A stretch of DNA of 64,000 nt, from contig OZ245742.1 of the NCBI GenBank assembly GCA_965227295.1, positions 3,488,001 through 3,552,000 on the forward strand, given 5' to 3'. Under the pieces are notes generated by a model. It ran no database searches, was not told the origin of the DNA, and saw only the letters and a program-made list of their open reading frames with translations. The stretch is from Leptonemataceae bacterium (lineage in GTDB: Bacteria > Spirochaetota > Leptospiria > Leptospirales > Leptonemataceae). Positions 27,465-37,674 of the stretch are shown in pieces (the first letter of the stretch is position 1; the number at the start of each line of letters is the position of its first letter). Position numbers and translations under genes: made by a program.

Positions 27465-29975
27465 TCACATCCGGGCCAGTTTTTCCAGGTGGCGTTTGAG
27501 TTCCAGGCCGCGTTTGTTTTTCGGATGCGACTTCAGAAACTCGTAGATGCATTCGTAGGCGCGCACGTACTCTTCCAGATGATACCAGAGCTCCGCCTTG
27601 AGCAACAGGTTGCGCGTGCTGTTCGGCCGCCGTAAATAAAAGCGATCCACGTAATCCATGGCGCGTTCGTAGTCGCGCAGTTCCTTGAAAGCCAGGGCGG
27701 CGCTGTAGATGACGTGCAACTCCCCCGGGGCGATGGCCAGGATTTCCACGGCCAGTTTTGCGGCGATTTCGAAGCGGCGTGCCTTGAGCGCCTCCCGGAG
27801 CCGCTGTCGCAATGCGTGCACTTTTTCGTCGGCGTTTCCAGCGTCGCGGTCATGACGGCGATAGGTCAGCGCCAGCAGAGAAACGTCGTCGGCCTGGGTG
27901 CCGCCGTGCATCAGTTCCATCGTAAGCTCGCGCGGATCGCCGCCGGTACTTTCTACGAGGCGCAGAAAACGTTCCGGATCCTCGTTCCATACCTCGCGCC
28001 CGCTGCGATCCTCACCGAGGACGACGTCGTCCCGGCCGTCGGAACCGGCGATCAACGTTTCGCCGGAAGCCAGGTGATGCGTGAGGATCGTGATGTCCTC
28101 GGAAAAATTCGGCACGCCCGGCTTCTGCGAAATGCCGCCGTCCACCGGCAGGTAGCCGGCCCGGCCGTCACGCAAATGCACAAGAGACGGATGTTCGGCG
28201 TTCACGTAATAAACAAAACCGTTACGATCGTCCACGAGGCCGAAGATCATTGACACCATCATCGCACCGCCGAAGCCCTGGAAGATACGATGAATTTCGA
28301 AGAAGGCGTCGCGCAGCCAGCGCTCCGGCGAAAGCCGGGAACGCACGCCGGAGATGGAAGTACTTTCCAGGATCGCCTCGAAGATCGCGCCGAGGACCAG
28401 CGCCCCGCCGGCTCCCTGCATGGACTTGCCCATGGCGTCGCCGTTCAAAAAGACCGTGTACGCAACGCCGCCGAGGACAATCGTGCGCGCGGTGCTTAAG
28501 TCGCCGCCGAGTTCCACGCGTCGCGACCGGTACTCGAACGATTTGTTTTGCTGCGTATACGCGCTGACGTCCACCGTTTCAGAAAACACCTGAATCTCCG
28601 TAAACGGCTTGAGCAGCAGCGAAGTGAGATAGTAATCTCCGTCCTGGCGTTCCTTGAGTTCACGCAGTTCTTCCAGCGCACTTTCCAGGTCCATGGTGCG
28701 CTCGCGGATGCGTTCTTCCAGATCTTCGCTGGCCCGGGCGATCTCCCGCGACAGGCGCTCCACGGATTCCAGCGAGTGCGTAAACCGACGCGAGAGGACA
28801 ATGGACTGTGTTGCCAGAAAAATGAACAGGCCCAACGGGGCCAGGTAGGTCGTCTGCAATCTACCGGTGCCGTACAGGATGTCGTTCACCCCCGTCACTA
28901 ACAGAAACGAATATCCGATTAAGAAGATGGTCGACCCGGGGCGACGGTGCACCACCGCCCGCCCGGCGATCCAGAGGCAGTAGCCCATGCCCGCCAGAAT
29001 CAGCACCATGTAGTAGGGCATCCAGGGTTCGTAGTACTCAATCGGAGAGCAGGCCATCAGTCCGCAGAAAGTGAGCGCGGCGGCGAGCAGGACCACGTAG
29101 ATATGGCGATAGAGAGTGACGCCGACCTCCGTGGGAAAAAGATAACGTACGAACATGAGCAGCGCGGGGAGGGCGGCGAACCCCGAAAGCACGGCGATTT
29201 TGAAGGCCAGTTCGTAGTCGAGGTTCGGAAAGTAAAAGAGCAGCGCGCGCTCGCCGGTGCTTAGCTGACGAACGGTGAGAGTTAGAGCGAGGACCGCAAA
29301 AAAGAGGGCGAAGCTTTCCCGGCGCCGTTGGAGAAAGAGGCCGACGTAATAGATCGCCATGATCGCCAGGGAACCGGTGAGGAACAACTCGAAGGTAGCG
29401 CGACGCAACGTGGCCGTGAGCATGGCTTCGTAGGGGCCGAACAGGATCGCGGAGCGCAGGCCGCCCTTGCTGCGAATAAAATTCGCCACTTCCAGGTCGA
29501 GCTGGAACTCTTTTGCCGGCGCGCGAAAGACGATCAGTGCCGGGCTGATGTTGCCCTCGCTGGTAGCCCGGCTCCGTCCCACCCGTCCATTCGCATGCAA
29601 CAGGCGATCGTCCAACCACAGGCGATACGAAGTCTCCACCTGGTTCAGGTGGACCGCGAAGAGCCGGCCGACATCCGATTCGGGAATGCGTACGTTCAGG
29701 CGCAGGGTGCCGTAGCCCCGGCCCAGCCAGGGCTCGGGGACGGGGGCGAGTTCCGGAGTGGCCGCGTTTCCCGGCTCGCGAAGATCTTCTTTCAGGCTTC
29801 GGTCGTAGTACCACCACTCACCATTGAGGGCCAGCGTGCTTGCCGGGCCCAGGCGGGTGTCGGAGAGGTCCAGCATTCCGCCGCGCACCGGTCGCCCCGG
29901 AGAAACCTGCGCCCGACAGTTCGCTGCGAACAGTATTAAGATTAGAAGAAAGCCTGTGAAAAACTGCGAGCGCAC
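27465..29975 (-). CDS. 7TM-DISM sensor with SpoIIE (PP2C) phosphatase and C-terminal TPR-like region
   Basis: LNGEWWYY..GYGTLRL extracellular domain, 7 TMs, GGD, NGDAMGKS, NAEHP, GSDGRDD, DDVSL. Confidence 0.9.
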   Translation of the reverse strand: MRSQFFTGFLLILILFAANCRAQVSPGRPVRGGMLDLSDTRLGPASTLALNGEWWYYDRSLKEDLREPGNAATPELAPVPEPWLGRGYGTLRLNVRIPESDVGRLFAVHLNQVETSYRLWLDDRLLHANGRVGRSRATSEGNISPALIVFRAPAKEFQLDLEVANFIRSKGGLRSAILFGPYEAMLTATLRRATFELFLTGSLAIMAIYYVGLFLQRRRESFALFFAVLALTLTVRQLSTGERALLFYFPNLDYELAFKIAVLSGFAALPALLMFVRYLFPTEVGVTLYRHIYVVLLAAALTFCGLMACSPIEYYEPWMPYYMVLILAGMGYCLWIAGRAVVHRRPGSTIFLIGYSFLLVTGVNDILYGTGRLQTTYLAPLGLFIFLATQSIVLSRRFTHSLESVERLSREIARASEDLEERIRERTMDLESALEELRELKERQDGDYYLTSLLLKPFTEIQVFSETVDVSAYTQQNKSFEYRSRRVELGGDLSTARTIVLGGVAYTVFLNGDAMGKSMQGAGGALVLGAIFEAILESTSISGVRSRLSPERWLRDAFFEIHRIFQGFGGAMMVSMIFGLVDDRNGFVYYVNAEHPSLVHLRDGRAGYLPVDGGISQKPGVPNFSEDITILTHHLASGETLIAGSDGRDDVVLGEDRSGREVWNEDPERFLRLVESTGGDPRELTMELMHGGTQADDVSLLALTYRRHDRDAGNADEKVHALRQRLREALKARRFEIAAKLAVEILAIAPGELHVIYSAALAFKELRDYERAMDYVDRFYLRRPNSTRNLLLKAELWYHLEEYVRAYECIYEFLKSHPKNKRGLELKRHLEKLARM

Positions 29976-30137
29976 CGCAGAAAGACCGATCGCGGAAAGG
30001 TGAAAATACTGAAAGAAAAAATGAAAAAAATAGTCGTAGTTGCCGCACTATGCAAAAATGATTATGTAACGTTCAAACATTAGATTGTAACGGTGTCCGG
30101 CATACGGTACCGTCGGCGCAACGGAGGTCGCGCAACT

Positions 30138-31025
30138 ATGCTCAAACGATTCGGGTTATTTTTGCTCGTCAACTTTCTGGTCATCGTAATGGTCAGCATC
30201 ATTCTGAACGTGGTGCTGCCGGCATTCGGTGTCCAGCTTCAGGGTACCGCCGCCATCCTGGTCATGTGTGCGGTCTTCGGCATGACCGGCGCGTTCATTT
30301 CGCTGGCCATCAGCCGGTGGATGGCGAAGCGGGCCTACAACATTCAGGTCATCGATAACTCCGTAAACGACCCGGGCCTGCGCAGTATCTACGCCATGGT
30401 CGCAAGGCTGTCTCAACAGGCGCAACTGCCCAACGTTCCGGAGGTCGGTGTCTACGATTCGCCGGAGCCGAACGCTTTCGCCACGGGGCCGACCCAGAGT
30501 CGTTCCCTCGTTGCCTTCAGCACCGGCCTGCTCCGCGGCATGCGTCCGGAAGAAGTCGAGGCGGTGGCCGCCCACGAAATCTCACACATCAAAAACGGCG
30601 ACATGGTTACGATGACCCTGCTCACCGGTGTGGCGAACACGTTCGTCATGTTTCTCTCGCGTATGGTCGCCATGGCGCTGGACAATTTCATGCGCGACGA
30701 AGAGGGAAACGGCGGTCTGGGATTTATCGGCTACTACGCCGCGGTCTTCGTACTGGACATGGTGTTCATGTTCCTGGCGTCCATTCCCCTGGCGGCCTTC
30801 TCGCGCTGGCGGGAGTACCGGGCGGATGCCGGCGGCGCCCGGCTCACCACGCCGAACGCCATGGCCAACGCCCTCGAACGGTTGAAGAACTTTAGCGGCG
30901 AAATCGCCGAGCAGAAGGACCAGTTCGCCATGGCGAAAATCAGTTCCGGTCTGCGCATGTCGCTGTTTTCCTCTCATCCGCCGCTGGACGAGCGCATCGC
31001 CCGTCTGCGGAAAATGGTGCGCTGA
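30138..31025 (+). CDS. htpX: Protease HtpX (M48 zinc metalloprotease)
   Basis: PNAFATG, AHEISHIKNGDMVTMTL, SRWREYRAD, SSHPPL; GGAGG RBS before ATG 30138. Confidence 0.95.
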   Translation: MLKRFGLFLLVNFLVIVMVSIILNVVLPAFGVQLQGTAAILVMCAVFGMTGAFISLAISRWMAKRAYNIQVIDNSVNDPGLRSIYAMVARLSQQAQLPNVPEVGVYDSPEPNAFATGPTQSRSLVAFSTGLLRGMRPEEVEAVAAHEISHIKNGDMVTMTLLTGVANTFVMFLSRMVAMALDNFMRDEEGNGGLGFIGYYAAVFVLDMVFMFLASIPLAAFSRWREYRADAGGARLTTPNAMANALERLKNFSGEIAEQKDQFAMAKISSGLRMSLFSSHPPLDERIARLRKMVR

Positions 31026-31093
31026 TTTTCTTTCTTGCCTGCACGCTCTGCCCGCGCGAATGGTCTCCGGACTATTTGTAGCGGAGCAGAGTA

Positions 31094-31696
31094 GTGCCGG
31101 ATAAACTCCTTGAGGGAAACAAGAAGTGGGTGGAGCGCATGCGCGGCGAGAACCCCGAGTTCTTCGGCGCCCTCGCCGCCGGCCAGAAGCCGCGCTACCT
31201 CTGGATCGGTTGCTCGGACAGTCGAGTGCCGGCCACGGAGATTACGGACACGCAGGCCGGTTCCATCTTCGTTCATCGCAACATCGCCAACCTGGTCGTC
31301 GAAACCGATCTCAATCTGCTGAGCGTCGTCAACTACGCCGTCTATCATCTCAAGGTCGAACACATCATCGTTTGCGGTCACTACGGTTGCGGCGGCATTC
31401 GCGCCGCGCTGGATACCAAACAGTCCCTCGGCTTTCTCGACGGCTGGATCGGACTCATCCGCACAACGTACGCGAGCTACCGGGAAGAACTGGACGGCAT
31501 CCTCGATCCCGAAGAACGCGAACGCCGCTTTACGGAATTGAACATCGCGCAGCAGGTGAAACATCTCTCGCGCATTTATTTCGTCCAGGACCGCTGGCGC
31601 ATCAACGAGGCCCCGCACATTCACGGCTGGGTTTACGACGTACGAGACGGGCTCATCAAAGATCTCGGTGTCAGCCAGAAGGGGCCCGTGGCTTGA
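31094..31696 (+). CDS. can: Beta-class carbonic anhydrase
   Basis: IGCSDSRV, HRNIAN, CGHYGCGG. Confidence 0.95.
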   Translation: MPDKLLEGNKKWVERMRGENPEFFGALAAGQKPRYLWIGCSDSRVPATEITDTQAGSIFVHRNIANLVVETDLNLLSVVNYAVYHLKVEHIIVCGHYGCGGIRAALDTKQSLGFLDGWIGLIRTTYASYREELDGILDPEERERRFTELNIAQQVKHLSRIYFVQDRWRINEAPHIHGWVYDVRDGLIKDLGVSQKGPVA

Positions 31697-32667
31697 TTCG
31701 TCCCCGCCGCAACCGGCGAAGCGCGGCCCTTCGCGATCTCGTCCGCGAACATCGACTCCAGGTCAGCGACCTCATTCAGCCGCTCTTCGTCATTGAGGGC
31801 GAAGGCCGGTCTGAAGAAATCACGTCCATGCCCGGCATCTATCGCTACAGTCGGGATCGCATCGTAAGTGAATGTGAGGAGCTGTTTGCGTTGGGTGTGC
31901 GCGCGGTGGCCCCGTTCCCCGCGCTGGACGATTCGAAAAAAGATAAAACGGCCACCGAGTCCGCGAACGAGAACGGACTATACCAGCAAACCATTCGATC
32001 CATCAAAGAGCGGGTGCCGGAGCTGTTGGTCATTACCGACGTCGCCCTGGATCCCTACAGCAGCGACGGCCACGACGGTCTCGTAAGTGACGATGGACAG
32101 ATCTTAAACGACGAAACCCTGCCGATCCTCGCGGCCATGGCCGTCTCTCAGGCCCGGGCCGGTGCGGATATGGTTGCGCCTTCGGACATGATGGACTCTC
32201 GCGTTGCGTACCTCCGTGCGGAGCTCGACAAGCACGGTTACGAACACGTCGGCATTCTGGCGTATACCGCAAAGTACGCCTCGGCGTTTTACGGACCGTT
32301 CCGCGACGCTCTCGACAGCGCGCCGCGCAGCGGGGATAAGCAAACGTATCAGATGGACCCGGCGAACGTGCGCGAGGCCGTGCGCGAAGCGGAACTGGAC
32401 ATCGCCGAGGGTGCGGACATGATCATGGTCAAACCCGGCCTGCCGTACCTCGACGTCATCCGCGCGCTGGCGGAAATCAGCGACGTCCCGGTGGCCGCCT
32501 ACAATGTTTCCGGCGAGTACGCCATGCTCAAGGCCGCGGCGCAGAACGGTTGGCTCGACTATCGCCGGGTAGTACTGGAAAGCCTCACGTCCTTCAAGCG
32601 CGCCGGCGCCGACGTCATCTTAACGTATCATGCGAAAGAAACGGCGCAGTGGCTCCGCGAAGACTGA
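31693..32667 (+). CDS. hemB: Porphobilinogen synthase (ALA dehydratase)
   Basis: RPRRNR, DVALDPYSSDGHDG (Mg type), APSDMMD, SAFYGPFRDA, MVKPG; TTG start overlapping the can stop. Confidence 0.95.
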   Translation: MIRPRRNRRSAALRDLVREHRLQVSDLIQPLFVIEGEGRSEEITSMPGIYRYSRDRIVSECEELFALGVRAVAPFPALDDSKKDKTATESANENGLYQQTIRSIKERVPELLVITDVALDPYSSDGHDGLVSDDGQILNDETLPILAAMAVSQARAGADMVAPSDMMDSRVAYLRAELDKHGYEHVGILAYTAKYASAFYGPFRDALDSAPRSGDKQTYQMDPANVREAVREAELDIAEGADMIMVKPGLPYLDVIRALAEISDVPVAAYNVSGEYAMLKAAAQNGWLDYRRVVLESLTSFKRAGADVILTYHAKETAQWLRED

Positions 32668-32675
32668 GTGCGCAA

Positions 32676-32894
32676 CTATTTGCGCGGCCGAAGACCCAGG
32701 GCGTACAGAATATTTGCCATGATGCAAAAACCGCTCAGCGCGAAGATGATCAGATTCACCCCGACGAGCGCCGTCAGGATGAGCCAGTAAGGACTCACGA
32801 AGGCGGCCAGCACGGCGCTGGCGAGGGCGAAGACCCCCGCCACGAGCCAGATCACCCGTTCCAGATACCAGTTCTCGGTGTTTGCAAAGTACAT
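32676..32894 (-). CDS. DUF2892/YgaP-like small membrane protein
   Basis: ER.I.L.AG...two TMs...GFC motif. Confidence 0.8.
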   Translation of the reverse strand: MYFANTENWYLERVIWLVAGVFALASAVLAAFVSPYWLILTALVGVNLIIFALSGFCIMANILYALGLRPRK

Positions 32895-32993
32895 ACGATT
32901 GCTCCCTTTTTTTGTATACGATACCCCCTATGGTATTCGAGATCAAGCACAAAAATGCGCCTGGTCGGCAGCATGTTGCGGAAATGAAATGAT

Positions 32994-33407
32994 CTAGCGA
33001 AACTCCAGCGCGTCTCCGTCGAGGCCGGTCACTTTCCGGTAGTAGCAGGACGGCCGGGTCCGGCCGGCCGCGTCGCGGGTGTGGCAGACACCGCCCTCGC
33101 GCGGGCGGACCAGAAAGAGCAGGGAGTTCTGCTCGCAATTAACCCGGACCTCGACCAGGTCCAGGTAGTCACCGGACGTGGCGCCTTTGATCCAGAGTTC
33201 GCCGCGGGAGGTGCTCCAGAACGCGGCCACGCGGTGTTCAAACGAGTACTGCAGGGCCTCTTCATTGATATACGCGACGATGAGGACTTCCAGGGAATCG
33301 GCGTCCTGGACGACCACGGGGAGGACGTCGGCCCCGGCGCCCGCCGCCTTGCGGAGTTTTTGAAAGTCCAGCTTGAGTTCGCGGCCTTCTTCCAGTTCTT
33401 GACTCAT
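32994..33407 (-). CDS. hisI: Phosphoribosyl-AMP cyclohydrolase
   Basis: LPVVVQD, FWSTSRGELWIKGATSG, NCEQNSLL, CHT...SCYYR. Confidence 0.9.
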   Translation of the reverse strand: MSQELEEGRELKLDFQKLRKAAGAGADVLPVVVQDADSLEVLIVAYINEEALQYSFEHRVAAFWSTSRGELWIKGATSGDYLDLVEVRVNCEQNSLLFLVRPREGGVCHTRDAAGRTRPSCYYRKVTGLDGDALEFR

Positions 33408-33459
33408 AAACGCCCTGCTGATTCCAATAGCACCGCCGATCCCTGACCGGCAACCCTTT

Positions 33460-34842
33460 ATGGCGAATCCATCCAACGACGATCTACATCTCCCTCGCTT
33501 TGACGGTTTCTCCGGCGAAGTGCGCTTGCCCGGCTCGAAAAGCATCGCCAACCGCGCGTTGCTCCTCGCGGCCCTGTCGCAGACTTCGCGGGACGGTTTG
33601 CATCTTACGAATCTTCCCATCGCCGACGACGTCCAGGTACTCATGCGCACGTTGCCGGCACTGGGTGTGCACGTCGAAGACGCGCCGGTGGAGATTGCGC
33701 TGGCCGCCGCCCCGGATGCCGCCCAGGACGCGCCGGCGCTTACGATCCGCGGAGCCGGGGGCCCGTTTCCCATTGCCTCGGCGAAGCTGAATCTCGACAA
33801 CGCCGGCACGGCCCTCCGCCCGCTCACGGCGGTGTTGTGCGCCGGCCAGGGAGACTACGTCATCGACGGGAATGAGCAGATGCGCCGCCGTCCCATCCGC
33901 GATCTTACCGAAGGCCTGGGGCAGCTCGGCGTGCAGATTGATTGCGCGCCGAACGGCGGGCCGCCCGTGCACATCCAGGCCAACGGGCTGCGGGGTGGTC
34001 GCATCCAGCTCTCCGGGCGTGTCTCCTCGCAGTACATCTCGGCCGTACTCATGGCGGCGCCGCTCGCCCGGGACGAGGACATCGTCCTCGAATTGCCGGA
34101 AGAGCCGGTAAGCAAACCTTACATCGACCTGACCATCGACATGATGAGTGACTTCGGCATTAGCGTCGAACGCGAAGGGTACATGCGCTATCGTGTGCCG
34201 CGCGGTGTGTATCGTTTGCGCAAGGCCTCCGGTCCGGCCGGGGCACAGTTCTATTCCGTGGAAGGCGACGCCAGTGCCGCCACGTACTTTCTGGCGGCCG
34301 GGTCGCTGCCCGGCTGCGGCCCCGTGGTGGTGCGCGGCGTCGATCGGCGTTCGCGTCAGGGCGATGCGGCCTTCGCGGATTTACTGAAAGAGATGGGGGC
34401 GTCGATTCGCTACGGCGACGGCTGGATCGAAGCACGCGGTCCGGAGGCGGGAACGAAGTTACGCGCTCTCGATCGTGACATGAACGATATGCCCGATGCG
34501 GCCATGACCCTGGCCGTGCTGGCGCTCTTCGCCGACGGAGAAACTCACATTCGTAACATTGCAAACCTGCGCGTCAAAGAAAGCGAACGCATCCGCGGCC
34601 TGCGCCTGGAACTGGAAAAACTCGGTGCCGCCGTCGTAGAAGAAGAGGACGCCCTGCACGTGAGCCCGCCGCAACAATGGCAGCCCGCGCGCATCGAAAC
34701 GTATCACGATCATCGCATGGCCATGGCCTTTGCCCTGGCGGCGTTCGGTACCGAAGTGAACATTGTGAATCCCGGTTGCGTTTCCAAAACATATGCCAGG
34801 TTCTTTGACGACTTCGTACCGCTCACGAAATCGCCGCGATAG
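33460..34842 (+). CDS. aroA: 3-phosphoshikimate 1-carboxyvinyltransferase (EPSP synthase)
   Basis: LPGSKSIANR, NAGTALR, SSQYIS, RVKESERI, DHRMAM, CVSKTY. Confidence 0.97.
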   Translation: MANPSNDDLHLPRFDGFSGEVRLPGSKSIANRALLLAALSQTSRDGLHLTNLPIADDVQVLMRTLPALGVHVEDAPVEIALAAAPDAAQDAPALTIRGAGGPFPIASAKLNLDNAGTALRPLTAVLCAGQGDYVIDGNEQMRRRPIRDLTEGLGQLGVQIDCAPNGGPPVHIQANGLRGGRIQLSGRVSSQYISAVLMAAPLARDEDIVLELPEEPVSKPYIDLTIDMMSDFGISVEREGYMRYRVPRGVYRLRKASGPAGAQFYSVEGDASAATYFLAAGSLPGCGPVVVRGVDRRSRQGDAAFADLLKEMGASIRYGDGWIEARGPEAGTKLRALDRDMNDMPDAAMTLAVLALFADGETHIRNIANLRVKESERIRGLRLELEKLGAAVVEEEDALHVSPPQQWQPARIETYHDHRMAMAFALAAFGTEVNIVNPGCVSKTYARFFDDFVPLTKSPR

Positions 34843-34860
34843 CCGTATAGACAAAGAGAC

Positions 34861-36624
34861 ATGCAATCCCACGGCGACTTTCTGCGCGATCTCGAAGAAA
34901 ACGAGAACGGCCACTTCTTGATTGATCATCAGGACGGGCGGGCGTGGTTGCGCGTGATTCCACCGGGCAAGAAGGGTCGGCCCGTCGCGTTGAAAGATGT
35001 GATGGCCCGCCTCGAACTCTTTCAACTGGAAGGCTACGACCCCCTGCACGTCGAAGAGATCGTCGAAGACGCCGACGCGGAGGCCCACGACATCTGCGCC
35101 TGGAAACTGCCGGACGCCGTGGACGCGCAGCTCACGGTGGACATCGACGAGGACGGGATGCAGGCCCATCTTACCGTCGAACCGCCCAGGCACGGCGGCC
35201 GGGCCGTGGATCGCGAGATGATCGAAACGGCGTTGCGGGAGGCCGGGGTCGTCTTCGGAGTGGACGAAGACATCGTCGCTTCCCTGGACGCGGGCACGTA
35301 CGCGGACCCGAATGCCGGCAGCCGGCGGCGGGATCCGGAGAACGACGCGCCGCGGAATTTTCCGCCGCTAAGTTCTAAGGAAAGAAAGTTACGTGTCCGC
35401 ATTGCCGCCGGTACTTCGCCGGCCCCTGGTCGATCGGGACGCATCGTGCATCGTTACGCGCTGCGCCCCCGGGCGGCTCCCGCCCGGCCTTCGGACGAAG
35501 AAGCGCGCGTGGACTTTCGCAAGCTCAACGTGATCCAGACCTGCAACGCGGGGGATCTGCTCGCCTCGGTCGAACCGCCGGCGGACGGCCGCTCCGGTCG
35601 GACTGTGACGGGGCGTGAGCTTGCTCCGCGGGCGGGGGAGAGTGCTGAACTCGTCGCGGGCAAGAATACGCGCCTGGAAGCCGCGCCGGCGGGGGAGCAG
35701 GCGCTCTACGCGGAGATGGCCGGGCAGGTGCGCATCAGCCCCGACAGCGATCGGCGCGCCCGCATCGACATCGAAGAGATCCTGGAGCTGGAGGCGGTGG
35801 ACTATTCCACGGGCCACATCGATTTTCCCGGTACCGTGCACGTGGCCGGCACCGTGCTCGACGGCTTCGAGGTCCGCGCGACCGGTGACATTCTGGTCGA
35901 GAAGACCATCGGCAACGTGCATCTGCGGGCGGGGGGCGACATCATCCTGGCGGGTGGAGCCTACTGCCGCGGCGAGGGCGCCATTGAAGCCGAGGGCGCG
36001 GTCTATGCGCGCTTCGTACAGGACGCCTTTTTGTATGCCGGCGAGGACGTGCTGATCGATGAGGCGGCCATCAACGCCAACCTGTCCGCCGGACGGGATA
36101 TTATACTGGAGGGCGGGCGCGGCGAGTTGATCGGCGGGAACAGCCTGGCCGGGCGCAGCATTCGAGCGAGTAAGATCGGCGCGCGGGCCGAGACGCCGAC
36201 GTACCTCACCGTCGGTGTTTCCCCGGACACCATGGCGAAGATCCGCGAGTTGGACCGCGAACATCTTGAGAAGCAGGCCACGTTGCGCCGGGTGGAGCGC
36301 CATCTGTTGCAGATCGACGAGGCGCGGAAACGCGGGCGGGAGCCGGACGAGGCCGGCCAGGAAGCCGAGCCGAAACTCCGGCACATCCTGGCGACCTACA
36401 CCGAAATCATTGCGAACCTGGAAGACCAGCGCCGGCTGCTTTCCGCGAACACCACGCCGAATCCGGCGGCGGGGGTGGAGGCCCGGGATATCGTCTATCC
36501 GGGCGTCGAGGTACACTTCGGTGCCGGGGTGCGCCGCTTTCGCGTCGAAGGCCGACCGGTAAACCGTTACTCCCGCTTCGTCCTGGAAGACGGCCGGATC
36601 CACCTGCGCCATTCTGATATATAA
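34861..36624 (+). CDS. FapA (DUF342) family protein
   Basis: VDFRKLN, VDYSTGHIDFPG.V.V.G.V, beta-helix-like repeats, IVYPGVEV. Confidence 0.88.
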   Translation: MQSHGDFLRDLEENENGHFLIDHQDGRAWLRVIPPGKKGRPVALKDVMARLELFQLEGYDPLHVEEIVEDADAEAHDICAWKLPDAVDAQLTVDIDEDGMQAHLTVEPPRHGGRAVDREMIETALREAGVVFGVDEDIVASLDAGTYADPNAGSRRRDPENDAPRNFPPLSSKERKLRVRIAAGTSPAPGRSGRIVHRYALRPRAAPARPSDEEARVDFRKLNVIQTCNAGDLLASVEPPADGRSGRTVTGRELAPRAGESAELVAGKNTRLEAAPAGEQALYAEMAGQVRISPDSDRRARIDIEEILELEAVDYSTGHIDFPGTVHVAGTVLDGFEVRATGDILVEKTIGNVHLRAGGDIILAGGAYCRGEGAIEAEGAVYARFVQDAFLYAGEDVLIDEAAINANLSAGRDIILEGGRGELIGGNSLAGRSIRASKIGARAETPTYLTVGVSPDTMAKIRELDREHLEKQATLRRVERHLLQIDEARKRGREPDEAGQEAEPKLRHILATYTEIIANLEDQRRLLSANTTPNPAAGVEARDIVYPGVEVHFGAGVRRFRVEGRPVNRYSRFVLEDGRIHLRHSDI

Positions 36625-36728
36625 AAGCATCGATGATATATTTCTATATCTGTAATAATATAGCGACTCCTGCCGGCCTGGGCTCTCCGGGCACTTCCGA
36701 AAAAAGACCAAAGCCGAAATCTATCAAT

Positions 36729-36836
36729 TCTTGCGTTAGCGATCCGGAGGGTCGCGGAGCGAGTCTCGCGTAGCGAGACCGCAGCGAAGCGGAGCCCGGA
36801 GGAGCGCGGCCCGGAGCGCAGCGGAGGGAAACGCCC
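36729..36836 (+). repeat. ~110-bp structured dispersed repeat (GNA-triloop element), copy 2
   Basis: Homologous to the reverse complement of 3648-3763. Confidence 0.8.
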
Positions 36837-37091
36837 GGAGTATTTTTGCTGATTTCTGTCTTGTTTTGTAGTGTTTTTTGGCTTCTCTCCGCTCATGATC
36901 TGACCGGGCCGTCGCGGACTCCGGACGCTGCTGCCCCGCGGGCTGCGCCCTCTGAACTGCGGGCCGGCGTCGGGATCATGCGTATCCTTCGTGCGGGCCT
37001 GGCGCCTGCAGCCTGTCAAAATATGATATAGTGATCCCGCCCGCGTCGGCCCTGGTACGGCCTCTGCAACTACTGATTGTCGGAGGCCGTT

Positions 37092-37469
37092 ATGAAACTC
37101 ATTCGCTACATCATCATTCTGATCCTGTCTGCCGGGCTGGCCGCTGCTTCGTTGCAGGCCCAGAACCGGCAACAAGACCTCACGAGCCTGGAGGGAACGT
37201 GGGTTACCTACGCATGGAACGGGGAATCAGCTCCGGTGCGTTACGAGCTGGAAGTCCGCCGGGATGCGCTGCGTGTCGACGTTACCCTGCGTCGCCCGGG
37301 CCAGACGGCCCGAAGCTTTGAAGGCTATCTCAATCAGGGCGTCGGGGCTCTGCATGCCGGCGGTTTCCGGATGGAGCCCATCGATGCCGGCCGGTCCATC
37401 GTAGAACTGAACGACCCGGACTTCGGTCCCCGGGAGTTGGAGCTTGTCTTCTGGAAAGAGCAGATCTGA
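37092..37469 (+). CDS. Hypothetical exported protein
   Basis: GGAGG RBS, signal peptide ending ASLQA, LEGTW lipocalin-like start; followed by a terminator. Confidence 0.75.
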   Translation: MKLIRYIIILILSAGLAAASLQAQNRQQDLTSLEGTWVTYAWNGESAPVRYELEVRRDALRVDVTLRRPGQTARSFEGYLNQGVGALHAGGFRMEPIDAGRSIVELNDPDFGPRELELVFWKEQI

Positions 37470-37497
37470 TCCTTGCAAGTTTGTGTGTTGTGGGAGC

Positions 37498-37526
37498 GCC
37501 GGGGCAAACTGCCCCGGCTTTTTTTT
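37498..37526 (+). terminator. Intrinsic terminator
   Basis: GCCGGGGCA-AAC-TGCCCCGGC followed by T8. Confidence 0.92.
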
Positions 37527-37556
37527 GCGTAGATCCTGCGACATATGAGAATCGAA

Positions 37557-37572
37557 CTGAGAATCAGTATCG
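37557..37572. promoter_or_regulatory. Fur-box-like operator CTGAGAATCAGTATCG
   Basis: Resembles the 7-1-7 TGATAATnATTATCA box; 15/16 identical to 41610-41625; extra TGAGAATC at 37546. Confidence 0.6.
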
Positions 37573-37674
37573 TTTTGCGTTGACCGCCGACCTCGTATTG
37601 AATCTGTGTCTCAGTACAAATACAGGGCGTGAGCCCGTCTCGCACAGTTTAATACAGAGGAGCCTGTTTTTTAC

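Noticed and set aside
31126..31692. Apparent 190-aa N-terminal extension of HemB
   Set aside because: It is the alternative frame of the carbonic anhydrase gene; HemB similarity begins at TTG 31693
36846..37031. 61-aa ORF with hydrophobic N-terminus
   Set aside because: TTG start in a T-rich tract next to a repeat element, no recognisable motif; insufficient support
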